DNA of 26,409 nucleotides from Oligoflexales bacterium (GCA_041736175.1 JBGSUI010000163.1:1-26409); one strand, 5' to 3'; counted from the stretch's first letter, positions 6,867 to 16,323 are shown. Numbers and translations: made by a program. The notes: generated by a model not told the origin, from the letters alone.

Positions 6867-8201
6867 CTAAAAGGGTGCAACCGGCCCTGGGGGTGCGAAT
6901 CCCTTCTGGGCCTCGTCCACAGAGGTCACATAGGCTCTCAGCTTTGCTAACACCGCTGCCGAAGCGCGCACCTCAAACCGTGCGCGCTCGCTATCGTCAA
7001 AAGTCGAATCTATAATCAAACATGATTTATAGACAGTCGACATCCCCGCAGCGTCCTCATGGGGAACCTGGAGGGTAGCCCGCACCAGATTTTCTTCGAA
7101 AAATTTAAAGACCTGACGCCTGAGTGATAGGAGATCTTCCTCCCGGTGGGCTGAGGTAAAGACGGCCCCCCGGTAGATGGATTTCAAGATCTTTGGCAAT
7201 ACCTGATCGGGAAGACGATCCATCTTGTTAAAGACCATCATCACCGGCAAATCTCCGGCCCCGATATCTCGTAAGACGGATTCGGTGGTTTTGATTTGGA
7301 GCTGGAACAGGGGATCTGCAACATCCACCACATGGAGCAGGAGATCCGCCTCGAGCACCTCATCGAGGGTCGACTTAAAAGACTCGATCAGACCATGGGG
7401 GAGATTGCGGATAAAACCGACCGTATCGCTTAGCAAGATCTTGGGCCTTGTGGTCGGATCGAGGGTGCGCACGCTGGAGTCAAGGGTCGCAAAGAGCACG
7501 TCCTCGGCCTGGACCTGGGAACGGGTCATGCCGGCCAGGAGCGAGGTCTTGCCGCTATTGGTATAGCCCACCAAAGCCACCTTAAGCTCATTACGACGGG
7601 CTTTCCGCTGGTTTTGGCGGTCCTTATCGATCCCCTCCAGCTGTTTTTTAAGCCGGCTGATCCGCTCTCTCGCCAGGCGGCGGTCTACTTCGATCTGCTT
7701 TTCGCCCATCCCCCGCTGGATACCACCACCCCGTTGGCGCTCCAGGTGAGTCCAGGCTCCGGACATCCGTGGGAGCAGATATTCAAGCCGCGCGATCTCT
7801 ACCTGGGTCTTGGACTGGGTGGTGCGGGCATGGCGGGCAAAGATCTCAAGGATGACCCCAGTGCGATCCAGAACCTCACATCCCGTCATCTGCTCCAGAT
7901 TGCGCATCTGCGGTCCAGAAAGCGGATGGTCAAAGACCACCAGTCCGGCTCCTACCTGTTCTGATAAAACCCTGATCTCTTCGACTTTACCCTCCCCCAA
8001 GAGACACTTGGGTGTCAACTTCTGACGCCGTTGGATCACGCGGCCTTTGACCACGATCTGCAAGGTTTCCAAAAGGCGACTGAGTTCGTTGAGATCATCG
8101 TTAAGACGCTGGGACTCATCACTGCCCAAAAGAACTCCCACAATAATGGCTGAGGACTTGCGGGACGCCGTATCGGTGGGATGAGTGTTAATGCTCGGAA
8201 T
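6867..8201 (-). CDS. hflX: GTPase HflX (start uncertain: GTG 8141, ATT 8192 or ATT 8201)
   Basis: GEGKVEEI, DRTGVILEIFARHA and QVEIARLEYLLPR; G1 GYTNSGKT, FATLD, G3 DTVGFI, G4 NKMD, G5 SA. Confidence 0.96.
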   Translation of the reverse strand: MPSINTHPTDTASRKSSAIIVGVLLGSDESQRLNDDLNELSRLLETLQIVVKGRVIQRRQKLTPKCLLGEGKVEEIRVLSEQVGAGLVVFDHPLSGPQMRNLEQMTGCEVLDRTGVILEIFARHARTTQSKTQVEIARLEYLLPRMSGAWTHLERQRGGGIQRGMGEKQIEVDRRLARERISRLKKQLEGIDKDRQNQRKARRNELKVALVGYTNSGKTSLLAGMTRSQVQAEDVLFATLDSSVRTLDPTTRPKILLSDTVGFIRNLPHGLIESFKSTLDEVLEADLLLHVVDVADPLFQLQIKTTESVLRDIGAGDLPVMMVFNKMDRLPDQVLPKILKSIYRGAVFTSAHREEDLLSLRRQVFKFFEENLVRATLQVPHEDAAGMSTVYKSCLIIDSTFDDSERARFEVRASAAVLAKLRAYVTSVDEAQKGFAPPGPVAPF

Positions 8202-9438
8202 GGGCCATAGCCTCCGCTAGCAATGGATCCCCAATGCCAACCATAGGATACCGCTTGCCGAACCATGCAATGGACGATAGGAAAATCCCCAGAAACCCTA
8301 GAAAAATCCCCACTTCGATCCAAGGAAGCCCCCAGGTCTTAGGATCGGCCACCTCAGGAATCACCACGAGAAGCGACACCAACCATTGGGCCACAAGAAT
8401 CACCGCACAGATCGGCAGGGTGATCCCAGCGGTCCATTTGGAGACCTTTGGAATCAGGGCAAACAGGGGAAACAAAAACACCAGAAAAGGGACCGCTACC
8501 ACGATTTTAACCCAAGGGTCATGGAGCCTATGGAGAAAATACTCGGTCTCTTCGGGGACGTTTCCGTACCAGTAGGTGATGATATGGGCATAGGTGAGAT
8601 AGGCGAAAAAGATTGTAAATCCATGCATGAGTTTGCCGATATCATGGAAATGCTGACGATGGAGGAGCTGGCCCACGGGTGTGCCGCGCATGGCAAACAT
8701 AAAGATAAGAATCGAGGCCATGGTCGTATGCATCATGGCGGCAAAAGCCCAGGCACCCCATAGAGTAGAAAGCCAGGTAGGAGCAAGAGACATGGTCAGG
8801 TCAAAAGCCAGCAGACTAAAAGCCAGTGCATAGACGATGAGAACGGGCGCCGTCCAGTAGCGAAGCTTGGCTTGGACTTCGTTGCCTAAGCGCACTCCGT
8901 CCTTAGGACCCCCCCTCACCACGGCCAGGTCCCGTCTCACCTTGTGACCTAACTGCCAAAAAGAGAGGTAGAGGATAAGCCCTAAGGCGAAAATATCCCG
9001 AGCCAACATAAACTCTGGAACCAGCCAATCGCGTTTACCCCAAAAGCCTTCGATCGAGGCTGGATCTGCAATCCAGGAGTAGACGGAGCCTGCACCGAAG
9101 AGATTGAGCTTGATGGCTAAGAAAAATACCAGAAAAGAAAAGGCTGCGATGGGCAAAAAGCTGGCGAAGGACTCGTGGAGCCGCATCATGGGTCGTCCCC
9201 ACTTTGCCCCGATCACATCTTGCATCCCCGCAAAGGCGATCCCGCCGAGGGCGATGGCAAAAAAGTAAAAGAGGTTAAAGAGAAAACTCCCCCAGGTCCG
9301 CGTGGCCTCACCGCTCGCCATCCCGCCGATGAACGCGATAAACCCCATCAACACGCAAAAAATCAGACCTCCCCGCGCTGCTGGAGATACGGTAAGATAG
9401 AACTGATTGCGCTGGTCATACAAATTTGGAGAACTCAT
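8188..9438 (-). CDS. actF: Alternative complex III membrane subunit ActF
   Basis: About 10 hydrophobic segments; DLTMSLAPTWLSTLWG, HDIGKLM, YWYGNVPEETEY; last position in the act cluster. Confidence 0.88.
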   Translation of the reverse strand: MSSPNLYDQRNQFYLTVSPAARGGLIFCVLMGFIAFIGGMASGEATRTWGSFLFNLFYFFAIALGGIAFAGMQDVIGAKWGRPMMRLHESFASFLPIAAFSFLVFFLAIKLNLFGAGSVYSWIADPASIEGFWGKRDWLVPEFMLARDIFALGLILYLSFWQLGHKVRRDLAVVRGGPKDGVRLGNEVQAKLRYWTAPVLIVYALAFSLLAFDLTMSLAPTWLSTLWGAWAFAAMMHTTMASILIFMFAMRGTPVGQLLHRQHFHDIGKLMHGFTIFFAYLTYAHIITYWYGNVPEETEYFLHRLHDPWVKIVVAVPFLVFLFPLFALIPKVSKWTAGITLPICAVILVAQWLVSLLVVIPEVADPKTWGLPWIEVGIFLGFLGIFLSSIAWFGKRYPMVGIGDPLLAEAMAHSEH

Positions 9439-9450
9439 AAAACGGTCTTC

Positions 9451-9999
9451 CTATCGGGACTGCAAGGTTCTAAGGTGTTTAAGGATCATCCAACGTTCTT
9501 CAGGAAGGGTTGCATACCCGTAGCCAGGCATGACCGACGTCCCAAAGGTTATGCGGTAGAAGAAAAACCCGTCCTTTCGCTCGCGGTAGGAAGGATGGGT
9601 GATATCAGGAGGGGTTGGAAAATTAGGTCCAAGGGAGTGAGTCCCTTTGCCTTCGACCCCATGGCATACGGCGCAAAAAGTCTCATAAAGGACTTTACCC
9701 CGAGCCTCAAATCGTCCATCACTATCAGCGGCCATCTCGACCGGCATCACATGGACGGTCTCGGCAGCCTCCGGGGTTTTCTCGTAAAACATGGCATTCA
9801 TCGGCACTGCATGGAGCGGTGGATCGATAAAACTCTTTTGGGGTTTAGACGTGGGGGAATCAGCCATATCGGGAGCCCACTGCATCTTGGTGCCGGTGCC
9901 ATCAAAACGGCAGCCAGCCAAGACAAGGGTCAGTCCAAGAATAAATCCAGGGATCGGCCCAAAAACCATGGTCCTAAGACTTTTATGGGGACGTCTCAT
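9451..9999 (-). CDS. actE: Alternative complex III monoheme cytochrome c lipoprotein ActE
   Basis: Lipobox LAGC, PDM motif, heme motif CAVCH, distal MPGY, ERW. Confidence 0.88.
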   Translation of the reverse strand: MRRPHKSLRTMVFGPIPGFILGLTLVLAGCRFDGTGTKMQWAPDMADSPTSKPQKSFIDPPLHAVPMNAMFYEKTPEAAETVHVMPVEMAADSDGRFEARGKVLYETFCAVCHGVEGKGTHSLGPNFPTPPDITHPSYRERKDGFFFYRITFGTSVMPGYGYATLPEERWMILKHLRTLQSR

Positions 10000-10520
10000 T
10001 GAGCACCTCCAGTCAGCTTAACCTCTTCCGCACCCCATTCTCTGAGGAGTTTGGCTTGGGGCCCATCTAGTTTGGCACCAGGGACAAAGATTGCAAACCG
10101 ATCCGATGTGGTGCGGGGGTCTAAGACAGCCCGTTTGGGATTGGGGATCCGACCCATCACCAGCATCCCTAAAATCGTGGCGATGGCGCCAAAGAGAATC
10201 ATACACTCAAAACCAATAACCACATAAGCAGGAAAAGAATAAATCCCTGGTGTTTTGCCACTGACCACAATCGGCCAATCGTAGTCCGTCCACAGGGCTA
10301 AGGCAAATCCAGCAGTCACCCCCGTTAGGGCTCCAGCCAGGGTAAAAAACCGAACCGGGCTGGCGCCAAAGCCGCTTGAATGCTCGATCTCATGGTAAGA
10401 GGTTGGACTAAAGACCTCGTGCCCTGCAAACTCACTGCGGTCGCGCACCTTTTCAATAGCATGACACACGGTGTCCAAGTACCTGAAGATGGCGATAATC
10501 CCTTGATCCGCGTTAGCCAT
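9996..10520 (-). CDS. actD: Alternative complex III subunit ActD (DUF3341)
   Basis: Two TM helices, DWPIVVSGK, FECMILF, DPRTTSDRFAIFV; overlaps actC and actE. Confidence 0.88.
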   Translation of the reverse strand: MANADQGIIAIFRYLDTVCHAIEKVRDRSEFAGHEVFSPTSYHEIEHSSGFGASPVRFFTLAGALTGVTAGFALALWTDYDWPIVVSGKTPGIYSFPAYVVIGFECMILFGAIATILGMLVMGRIPNPKRAVLDPRTTSDRFAIFVPGAKLDGPQAKLLREWGAEEVKLTGGAQ

Positions 10521-11892
10521 GGTGGCCTCCGTCCTTGTCTTTTTTGTCTGCGTGGTGAGGTGAAAGGGGCTTTGGCATGATGAGCTTGATCTCCGAGAGC
10601 GAGATGATGGGAAACAGTTTACAAAAGATCAAATAAAATACAAAGAACAGGCCGAAGCTTCCCAGGGTGATCACGATCTCAAAAAGCCCTGGCTCAAAAT
10701 GCCCCCAACTCCCTGGAATAAAATCTTCGACTAGCGAGCTGATGATGATGTTATACCGCTCAAACCACATGCCCACATTGATAAGGACACAGATCACAAA
10801 AGAGACCGGGATACTGGCGCGCACCCGTCGACTCCAAAAGGCCAAGGGAAAAATACAGTTGCAAAAGACCATCACCCAGAAATAAAAGGCATAGGGCCCA
10901 ATGGCGCGTTTTTCGAAGATAGCCCATTCGTACTCGTTGCCGGAATACCAGGCCAGAAAAAACTCGACCCCATAGGCATAGAATACGATCGTCGAAGTAA
11001 ACAGGGTCAGCTTAAGACAGGCGTCCAGATGTTGGGGCAAAATAAACTTTTCCAAACGGAACATGTAACGAACGGGGATCAAGAGGTTAAACACCATCGC
11101 ACACCCTGAAAGGATCGCTCCCGCCACAAAGTAGGGGGGAAAGATGGTGGTATGCCAACCCGGCTGGATCGACATGGCGAAGTCCCAGGACACCACGCTA
11201 TGGACCGACAATACAAGTGGTGTCGCGAGAGCCGCCAGAAAACCGTAGCCCGCCTCGTAATGCCACCACTGTTTTGCGGTGCCTCTCCAACCAAAAGACA
11301 TCACCCCGTAGACCAGTCGTTTGATTCCCTTGGAGCGGTCGCGGATCGAAGCTAGATCGGGCACGAGCCCCATATACCAAAAAAGCAGCGAAGTCGTAAA
11401 ATAGGTGGTGATGGCAAACACGTCCCATAGAAGGGGCGAGCGGAAGTTAACCCAAAGGTTATTGGTATTAGGCAGGGGTAAAGCCCAATAAGCCCCCAGA
11501 TACATCCGTCCCATATGAATCAAGGGAAAGATTGCGGCACAGATCACCGCAAAGATGGTCATAGCCTCGGCGCTGCGGTTGACGGTGTTCCGCCATTGGG
11601 CCCTAAACAAAAACAAGATCGCTGAAATCAACGTCCCTGCATGGCCAATCCCCACCCAAAAGACGAAGTTTGTAATATCCACAGCCCAGTAGAGAGGAGG
11701 CGCAAAATTCCACAACCCTAAACCATAAACCGTGTGGAGGCCAACAAACACAACCCCTGCCAAAAGCAGAGACGCTGCCATCCCGAGGGCCACATAAAAG
11801 GACTTATGGGGTTTTTCGAGGTTGACTAAAATCTCGTCATTAACCTCGGAGATTGTTTTCTCCCAATGAACTTGGCTACTGACATTGGCCAT
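10513..11892 (-). CDS. actC: Alternative complex III quinol-binding subunit ActC (NrfD/PsrC family)
   Basis: NFVFWVGIGHAGTLISAIL, RSAEAMT, HMGR, NFRSPLLWD, VLSVHSVVSWDF, PGWHTTIFPPYFVAGA. Start ATG 11892 after GGAG. Confidence 0.95.
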   Translation of the reverse strand: MANVSSQVHWEKTISEVNDEILVNLEKPHKSFYVALGMAASLLLAGVVFVGLHTVYGLGLWNFAPPLYWAVDITNFVFWVGIGHAGTLISAILFLFRAQWRNTVNRSAEAMTIFAVICAAIFPLIHMGRMYLGAYWALPLPNTNNLWVNFRSPLLWDVFAITTYFTTSLLFWYMGLVPDLASIRDRSKGIKRLVYGVMSFGWRGTAKQWWHYEAGYGFLAALATPLVLSVHSVVSWDFAMSIQPGWHTTIFPPYFVAGAILSGCAMVFNLLIPVRYMFRLEKFILPQHLDACLKLTLFTSTIVFYAYGVEFFLAWYSGNEYEWAIFEKRAIGPYAFYFWVMVFCNCIFPLAFWSRRVRASIPVSFVICVLINVGMWFERYNIIISSLVEDFIPGSWGHFEPGLFEIVITLGSFGLFFVFYLIFCKLFPIISLSEIKLIMPKPLSPHHADKKDKDGGHHG

Positions 11893-11919
11893 TCTACACA
11901 CTCCGATAAGGACTAAGGT

Positions 11920-14900
11920 TCAACCGTGATGGGTGCTATGCTCTGAAGATTCGCCTTCCACTTCATTGAGGGACACTTTGGCTTTGTAGCTGACATTAGG
12001 CAAAGTTTTAATACCAAAATGCCCGTGATCTGGATCGCCGCCAAGGGCTAAATAGGCTCGCCCATCCTTGCGGTCTTGGGTGATCTGGGAAGCTGGGTCG
12101 TTTAGGTTACCAAAAGTGATAGCCTCTGTAGGACAGGTTTGGGCACAGGCAGGCAAAAACTCCTGATCCTTTACGAGACGTCCTGCTAGTTTAGCCTTAT
12201 GCTTAGCATCCCGAATCCGTTGGTAGCAAAAGGTGCATTTTTCCATCACACCTCTGGTCCGCACCGTGACATCGGGGTTAAGGGCCCGGGGGCTTCGATC
12301 TTGAAGGCGGTTTCCAAGGACGTTCCACTTGTGGGTCCACCAATTGAAACGGCGGATCTTATAGGGGCAGGCGTTAGCACAGTATTTGGTCCCGATACAG
12401 CGGTTGTACGTCATCGCATTGATCCCCTCTGGATCATGGGTCGTTGCGTACATGGGACAGACCGCTTCACAGGGCGCGTGATTGCAATGCTGGCAGAGCA
12501 TCGGCTGCAGGGTGACTTCGGGGTTATCGGGATTGCCCCAGAAATAGCGGTCAATCCGTATCCAGTTCATCTCGCGGCCGAGCAAGATCTGCTCGCGGCC
12601 TACCATCGCCACGTTGTTTTCGAGGGTGCAAGCAACATAACAAGCTTGGCAGCCGGTACATTTGTCTAAGTCGATGGACATCCCCCAGCGGTAGTCCAGC
12701 TTTGGAAGGGCGGGGTAAATGTCGGGAACATCGTCAAGGTCGACTTTGCGAACGGGCTTTTCCTTAGCAGCCGCTAGGGAGACTTTTTTGACGATATCCT
12801 TACGATTCGCAATATCGTTATGCTTTTGTAACTGCGCTAAAGGATAAACAGTTCCTAGTGGGGTGATTTTAACCAACTGACCACAGATCGCCGGACTTCC
12901 GGTCACTGAATCCTGGGCTTTGTTGACCACCATCAGAGGGTTTACCCCGGCGCCGCCTTCAATGGTACCGCGCCCCTTGGCATGGCCATTGCCCCGTGGG
13001 ACCAAGACCGCTTCAGGATGCAGACCGGGAAGTGGGTAGACCGAGGCTTCGATCACCCCCACAGGGCCTTGGATCTTGACGAGATCAAACTTTTTAAGAC
13101 CGAGCTGGGCAACCGTTTTAGGGTTTAAGGCCACATAACTATCCCAGGCAATGGTGGTCAAAGTCTCCGAGGCTTCCTGCAACACTGGTTTATGGGCATG
13201 GCGTCCATCTCTCAGACGAACATCGAGGGGCGAGATCAAGCGGAAACCCACTCCTGGGGTCTCCACCAACTTAAAGGCTGCCGAAACTCCACCCGCTAGG
13301 GCTGGTATGGCCGTGGTCAGCTCTTGGCCCACAAGTCCTGTTTTAAGGGAGGTCTTGAAAAAGGTGTCAAAAGTCTCCGTGCTACTCCCCGCCCCACTCA
13401 CAGCGAGAGTCTGCTGAATCGGAGCCCATTTTTTCATGATATAGGAGCGGTAATCCTGATACCCCATAGGCCTTTTAAGAGTTGCTGCAATCCACAGAAG
13501 GGCGTCCTCAGCCTGGCGGCTGTCATGGGTTGGACGGACGGTAGGTTGTCTTAGGCTCCAGGTACCGAGCCGTGGCGCTTCGTCGCCCCAGGACTCAAGC
13601 CAGTGGTGATTGGGGAGCCGGTAAGTCGCCACATCATCCACTTCGTTTGGAAACTCCTGGATCGAAGCCACATACTTGATCCCCTTAAGGGCTTCCCCTA
13701 GGCCCCAGGAGGCGGGGACACTAAACAGTGGATTGCTATCGATCACGAGCAACACTTCGATACCCTGGACCTCGCTTAAAAATCGGCTAAGATCGCCCGG
13801 ATTCACAGGGGCAGGTCGCAGGCCTTTTTGGAGATGAAGCACATTGTCGTAGGCTCCCACGAGCTCGTTAGCCATGATGGCGGCCAGCTGGAGACTGGTG
13901 GCATTTTCGTCAAAATTAGCACTGCCACCTGAGAGAACCACGGCTGGTTGGGACAGAAGATCATCAGCCAGCTTGTCAAAAAACTCTTTCTTAAGGCCAA
14001 GCTTGCCATAGGCGGCTTCGAGGAGCGCTGCCTTACTGTCGAGGACTTGTTGGATTTGAATCCGACCTTGGGCCGATCCCTTAGCTTTTGAGCTTGCAAA
14101 CAAGGCACGCACCAGGAGTAAGGTCGCGACTGTTTCTGATCCCGGAGGAATCACAAACCGCTCGTCTGCTTTTGAACCCGTTAAGGTCAGCACACTTTCT
14201 AGCTGGACATGGCGGCCTTTTTTGCCTGCCTGATAGGAATGGGACTTGGTGTAGCCCTTGGTGTCACTGACCAATGAGGTCCCCACATCCAAAAAGTCCG
14301 AACCTATGCCGACGATCAACTCAGCTTTGCTGAGATCTTGGTAAGGCATTCCATCGATGCCAAAAGCGATCTTGTAAGCGGCAACCGTGGACTCAATCAA
14401 GGTGTTAGGCTCAAAGGTGTAAAGCCTTGAGGGCTGAGAACCCACTAGGGTTAACCATTCTCGGAAAAACCCATGGCGATGACCTGTGGAGCCACCTGTA
14501 AAGATGGCCACCTTACCACCGCTGTTCTTGATCTTTTCCCCAAGATGCTCGTAAACTTCGGGCCAGGTCACTTTTTTAATGGAATCGCCAAAACGCATCT
14601 CCGGGCCTGCCCGACGTTCTGGATGCCACAGCCCGTGGAGGGAAGCTTGGCCAACTGCACAGAGTTTACCATCATTGACTGTATGTCCCGGCAGCCCCTC
14701 AACTTTGGTCGGACGGCCCTCCCGGGTTCGAACCATCACCCCACAGCCGGCGGTGCAATCACCACAGGTTGAGGCATACCATACAGCTTCACCAGGGTAT
14801 TGATCCACAGGTTGGTTTACATAAGGCAGACCCTGTTCCACAGGACGCTGGACGCAGGCTGCTGTCGCCCCAACGGCTGTCGCGCTAAAAAGCTTCATAA

Positions 14901-15327
14901 AGTCCCGTCGTCCGACAGAAAACCCTGCACCTTGCGAAGCGGGACTGCCCGTGGATGGGACCTGGGTCCCCTCACGGGGAGCAAGCTCGGGAAACCGCTC
15001 TTCGATTTCCATATAATAGGGCCCTGGGACAAACTCCTTCGCGGGTGCCTCAAAAGGACCGTTGGGAGCGAGAACTTCGCGGCCACGACGGGGATCATCG
15101 CTGGCAGGGACTTCGGAAAAGGGAACATCTCCCATGGGCAAATCAGTCTGAGGGGCGGTAGGGTTTTGACTCATGAAATCCTCTAGGGGAAGCGTTCCCC
15201 GGGTGTGGTCGATAGGATGATCCGTAGAATGATCGGTAACAGGAACGGCAAGGCCACGACCCTCATAGGACGGAGAGGGCTGATTTTTAAGGCTGACCGG
15301 GGTTGGTTGAACATCTGGAATATCCAT
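11920..15327 (-). CDS. actB: Alternative complex III subunit ActB (molybdopterin-oxidoreductase-like domain fused to Fe-S domain; start 15327 or 15174)
   Basis: Tat motif GRRDFMKL then ATAAC; EGRPTKVEG; LESWGD; Fe-S motifs CTGCQACYVAC, CQHCNHAPCEAVCP, CIGTKYCANACP, CTFC...CAQTCP. Confidence 0.93.
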   Translation of the reverse strand: MDIPDVQPTPVSLKNQPSPSYEGRGLAVPVTDHSTDHPIDHTRGTLPLEDFMSQNPTAPQTDLPMGDVPFSEVPASDDPRRGREVLAPNGPFEAPAKEFVPGPYYMEIEERFPELAPREGTQVPSTGSPASQGAGFSVGRRDFMKLFSATAVGATAACVQRPVEQGLPYVNQPVDQYPGEAVWYASTCGDCTAGCGVMVRTREGRPTKVEGLPGHTVNDGKLCAVGQASLHGLWHPERRAGPEMRFGDSIKKVTWPEVYEHLGEKIKNSGGKVAIFTGGSTGHRHGFFREWLTLVGSQPSRLYTFEPNTLIESTVAAYKIAFGIDGMPYQDLSKAELIVGIGSDFLDVGTSLVSDTKGYTKSHSYQAGKKGRHVQLESVLTLTGSKADERFVIPPGSETVATLLLVRALFASSKAKGSAQGRIQIQQVLDSKAALLEAAYGKLGLKKEFFDKLADDLLSQPAVVLSGGSANFDENATSLQLAAIMANELVGAYDNVLHLQKGLRPAPVNPGDLSRFLSEVQGIEVLLVIDSNPLFSVPASWGLGEALKGIKYVASIQEFPNEVDDVATYRLPNHHWLESWGDEAPRLGTWSLRQPTVRPTHDSRQAEDALLWIAATLKRPMGYQDYRSYIMKKWAPIQQTLAVSGAGSSTETFDTFFKTSLKTGLVGQELTTAIPALAGGVSAAFKLVETPGVGFRLISPLDVRLRDGRHAHKPVLQEASETLTTIAWDSYVALNPKTVAQLGLKKFDLVKIQGPVGVIEASVYPLPGLHPEAVLVPRGNGHAKGRGTIEGGAGVNPLMVVNKAQDSVTGSPAICGQLVKITPLGTVYPLAQLQKHNDIANRKDIVKKVSLAAAKEKPVRKVDLDDVPDIYPALPKLDYRWGMSIDLDKCTGCQACYVACTLENNVAMVGREQILLGREMNWIRIDRYFWGNPDNPEVTLQPMLCQHCNHAPCEAVCPMYATTHDPEGINAMTYNRCIGTKYCANACPYKIRRFNWWTHKWNVLGNRLQDRSPRALNPDVTVRTRGVMEKCTFCYQRIRDAKHKAKLAGRLVKDQEFLPACAQTCPTEAITFGNLNDPASQITQDRKDGRAYLALGGDPDHGHFGIKTLPNVSYKAKVSLNEVEGESSEHSTHHG

Positions 15328-15358
15328 GCTCTCAATGCTCCTCAAGCAAACGTCAGCT

Positions 15359-15982
15359 TCAATAGTGGCAAGCCATGCAATCTTGTTTAGCACCCTTTTG
15401 TTTGTGACAGTCGATGCACCAGCCCATCTGGAGGGGGGCCACCTGTTCGACCACTTCCATATCCTGGACTTGACCGTGGCACTCTTGGCACTCTAGCTTG
15501 GCTCCAGAAACATGGATCTTATGGCTAAACCGCACAAAATCAGGTAGATCATGAACCTTGACCCAAGAGATCGGTTGGTTATTTTTATAGCTTTCGGTGA
15601 TTTTTTGGATCCAAGGTTTATCGGTTCCGACGAGACGGTGACAGCCCATGCAGGCGTTGAGGGGAGGAATCCCACTGGTGATCGACCGGCGCGCTGACGA
15701 GTGGCAATACTGGCAAGGGATTTTTTTATCACCTGCATGGAGCTTATGACTAAAGGGAATAGGCTGCTCTGGCTTATAGCCAACATTGTCCACCGTATCA
15801 CCCGGGGTCCACATGGACCATGCCATGGTGGGTTGGCTCAGGGGAAACAGTCCTAAGACAAGCGTGAGTAGGCACAGGAATGCACCCCAGCCGACTCTTG
15901 AAACCAAGAGGGACCTGAAAACTAACGGACTACCTTTAGGACAAAACTCTGACTCTCTCAACCCCAACTCCTTTTTTACCAA
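15359..15982 (-). CDS. actA: Alternative complex III pentaheme cytochrome c ActA (start uncertain)
   Basis: N-terminal hydrophobic segment, GYKPEQPIPFSHKLH and five CxxCH motifs (CQYCH, CMGCH, CQECH, CIDCH, CMACH). Confidence 0.93.
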   Translation of the reverse strand: MVKKELGLRESEFCPKGSPLVFRSLLVSRVGWGAFLCLLTLVLGLFPLSQPTMAWSMWTPGDTVDNVGYKPEQPIPFSHKLHAGDKKIPCQYCHSSARRSITSGIPPLNACMGCHRLVGTDKPWIQKITESYKNNQPISWVKVHDLPDFVRFSHKIHVSGAKLECQECHGQVQDMEVVEQVAPLQMGWCIDCHKQKGAKQDCMACHY

Positions 15983-16257
15983 AAACCCCGTAGAGCCTCG
16001 GCATATAAGACTCGATTCCGTTGTTTCTTAAATCTTTCCAATCCTATCTTATCATTCAAACCCAGCAGGGCTCGAAGAAACAAGAGCACTCGCAAAAAGG
16101 ATCACTTAGAATATTGACACAGCATCCGGGCCAACACCAGGCTGTTAATCATAAACCTAAAAAAAAACTATCCTCCGCAGTATACGTAAAAAACGAAAAC
16201 CTAGCCAAAGGGTGTCCCAGGGATATCATAAAATTTATTTTGATCCAATCCATCATT

Positions 16258-16271
16258 TTGATTTTCATCAC
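16258..16271. promoter_or_regulatory. FNR/CRP-like box in the divergent actA-uvrB intergenic region
   Basis: TTGAT-TTTC-ATCAC, 9 of 10 match to TTGAT-N4-ATCAA. Confidence 0.3.
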
Positions 16272-16323
16272 CTCTTGCGAACGGTACTGTGGTCCGGTCC
16301 TCCTCTTCCCCTGAGGTTAAAAT

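Noticed and set aside
1786..8185. Diversity-generating retroelement TR/VR pair to explain the hflX repeats
   Set aside because: Differences are mainly synonymous third-position changes, not adenine-specific, and no reverse transcriptase is present.
9175..10002. 275-aa + strand ORF and other ORFs antisense to or nested in act, hflX, uvr and DUF4105 genes
   Set aside because: Shadow frames of well-supported genes with no recognisable motifs.
16021..16314. 97-aa ORF upstream of uvrB
   Set aside because: Lies in the AT-rich divergent promoter region with no RBS or motif.
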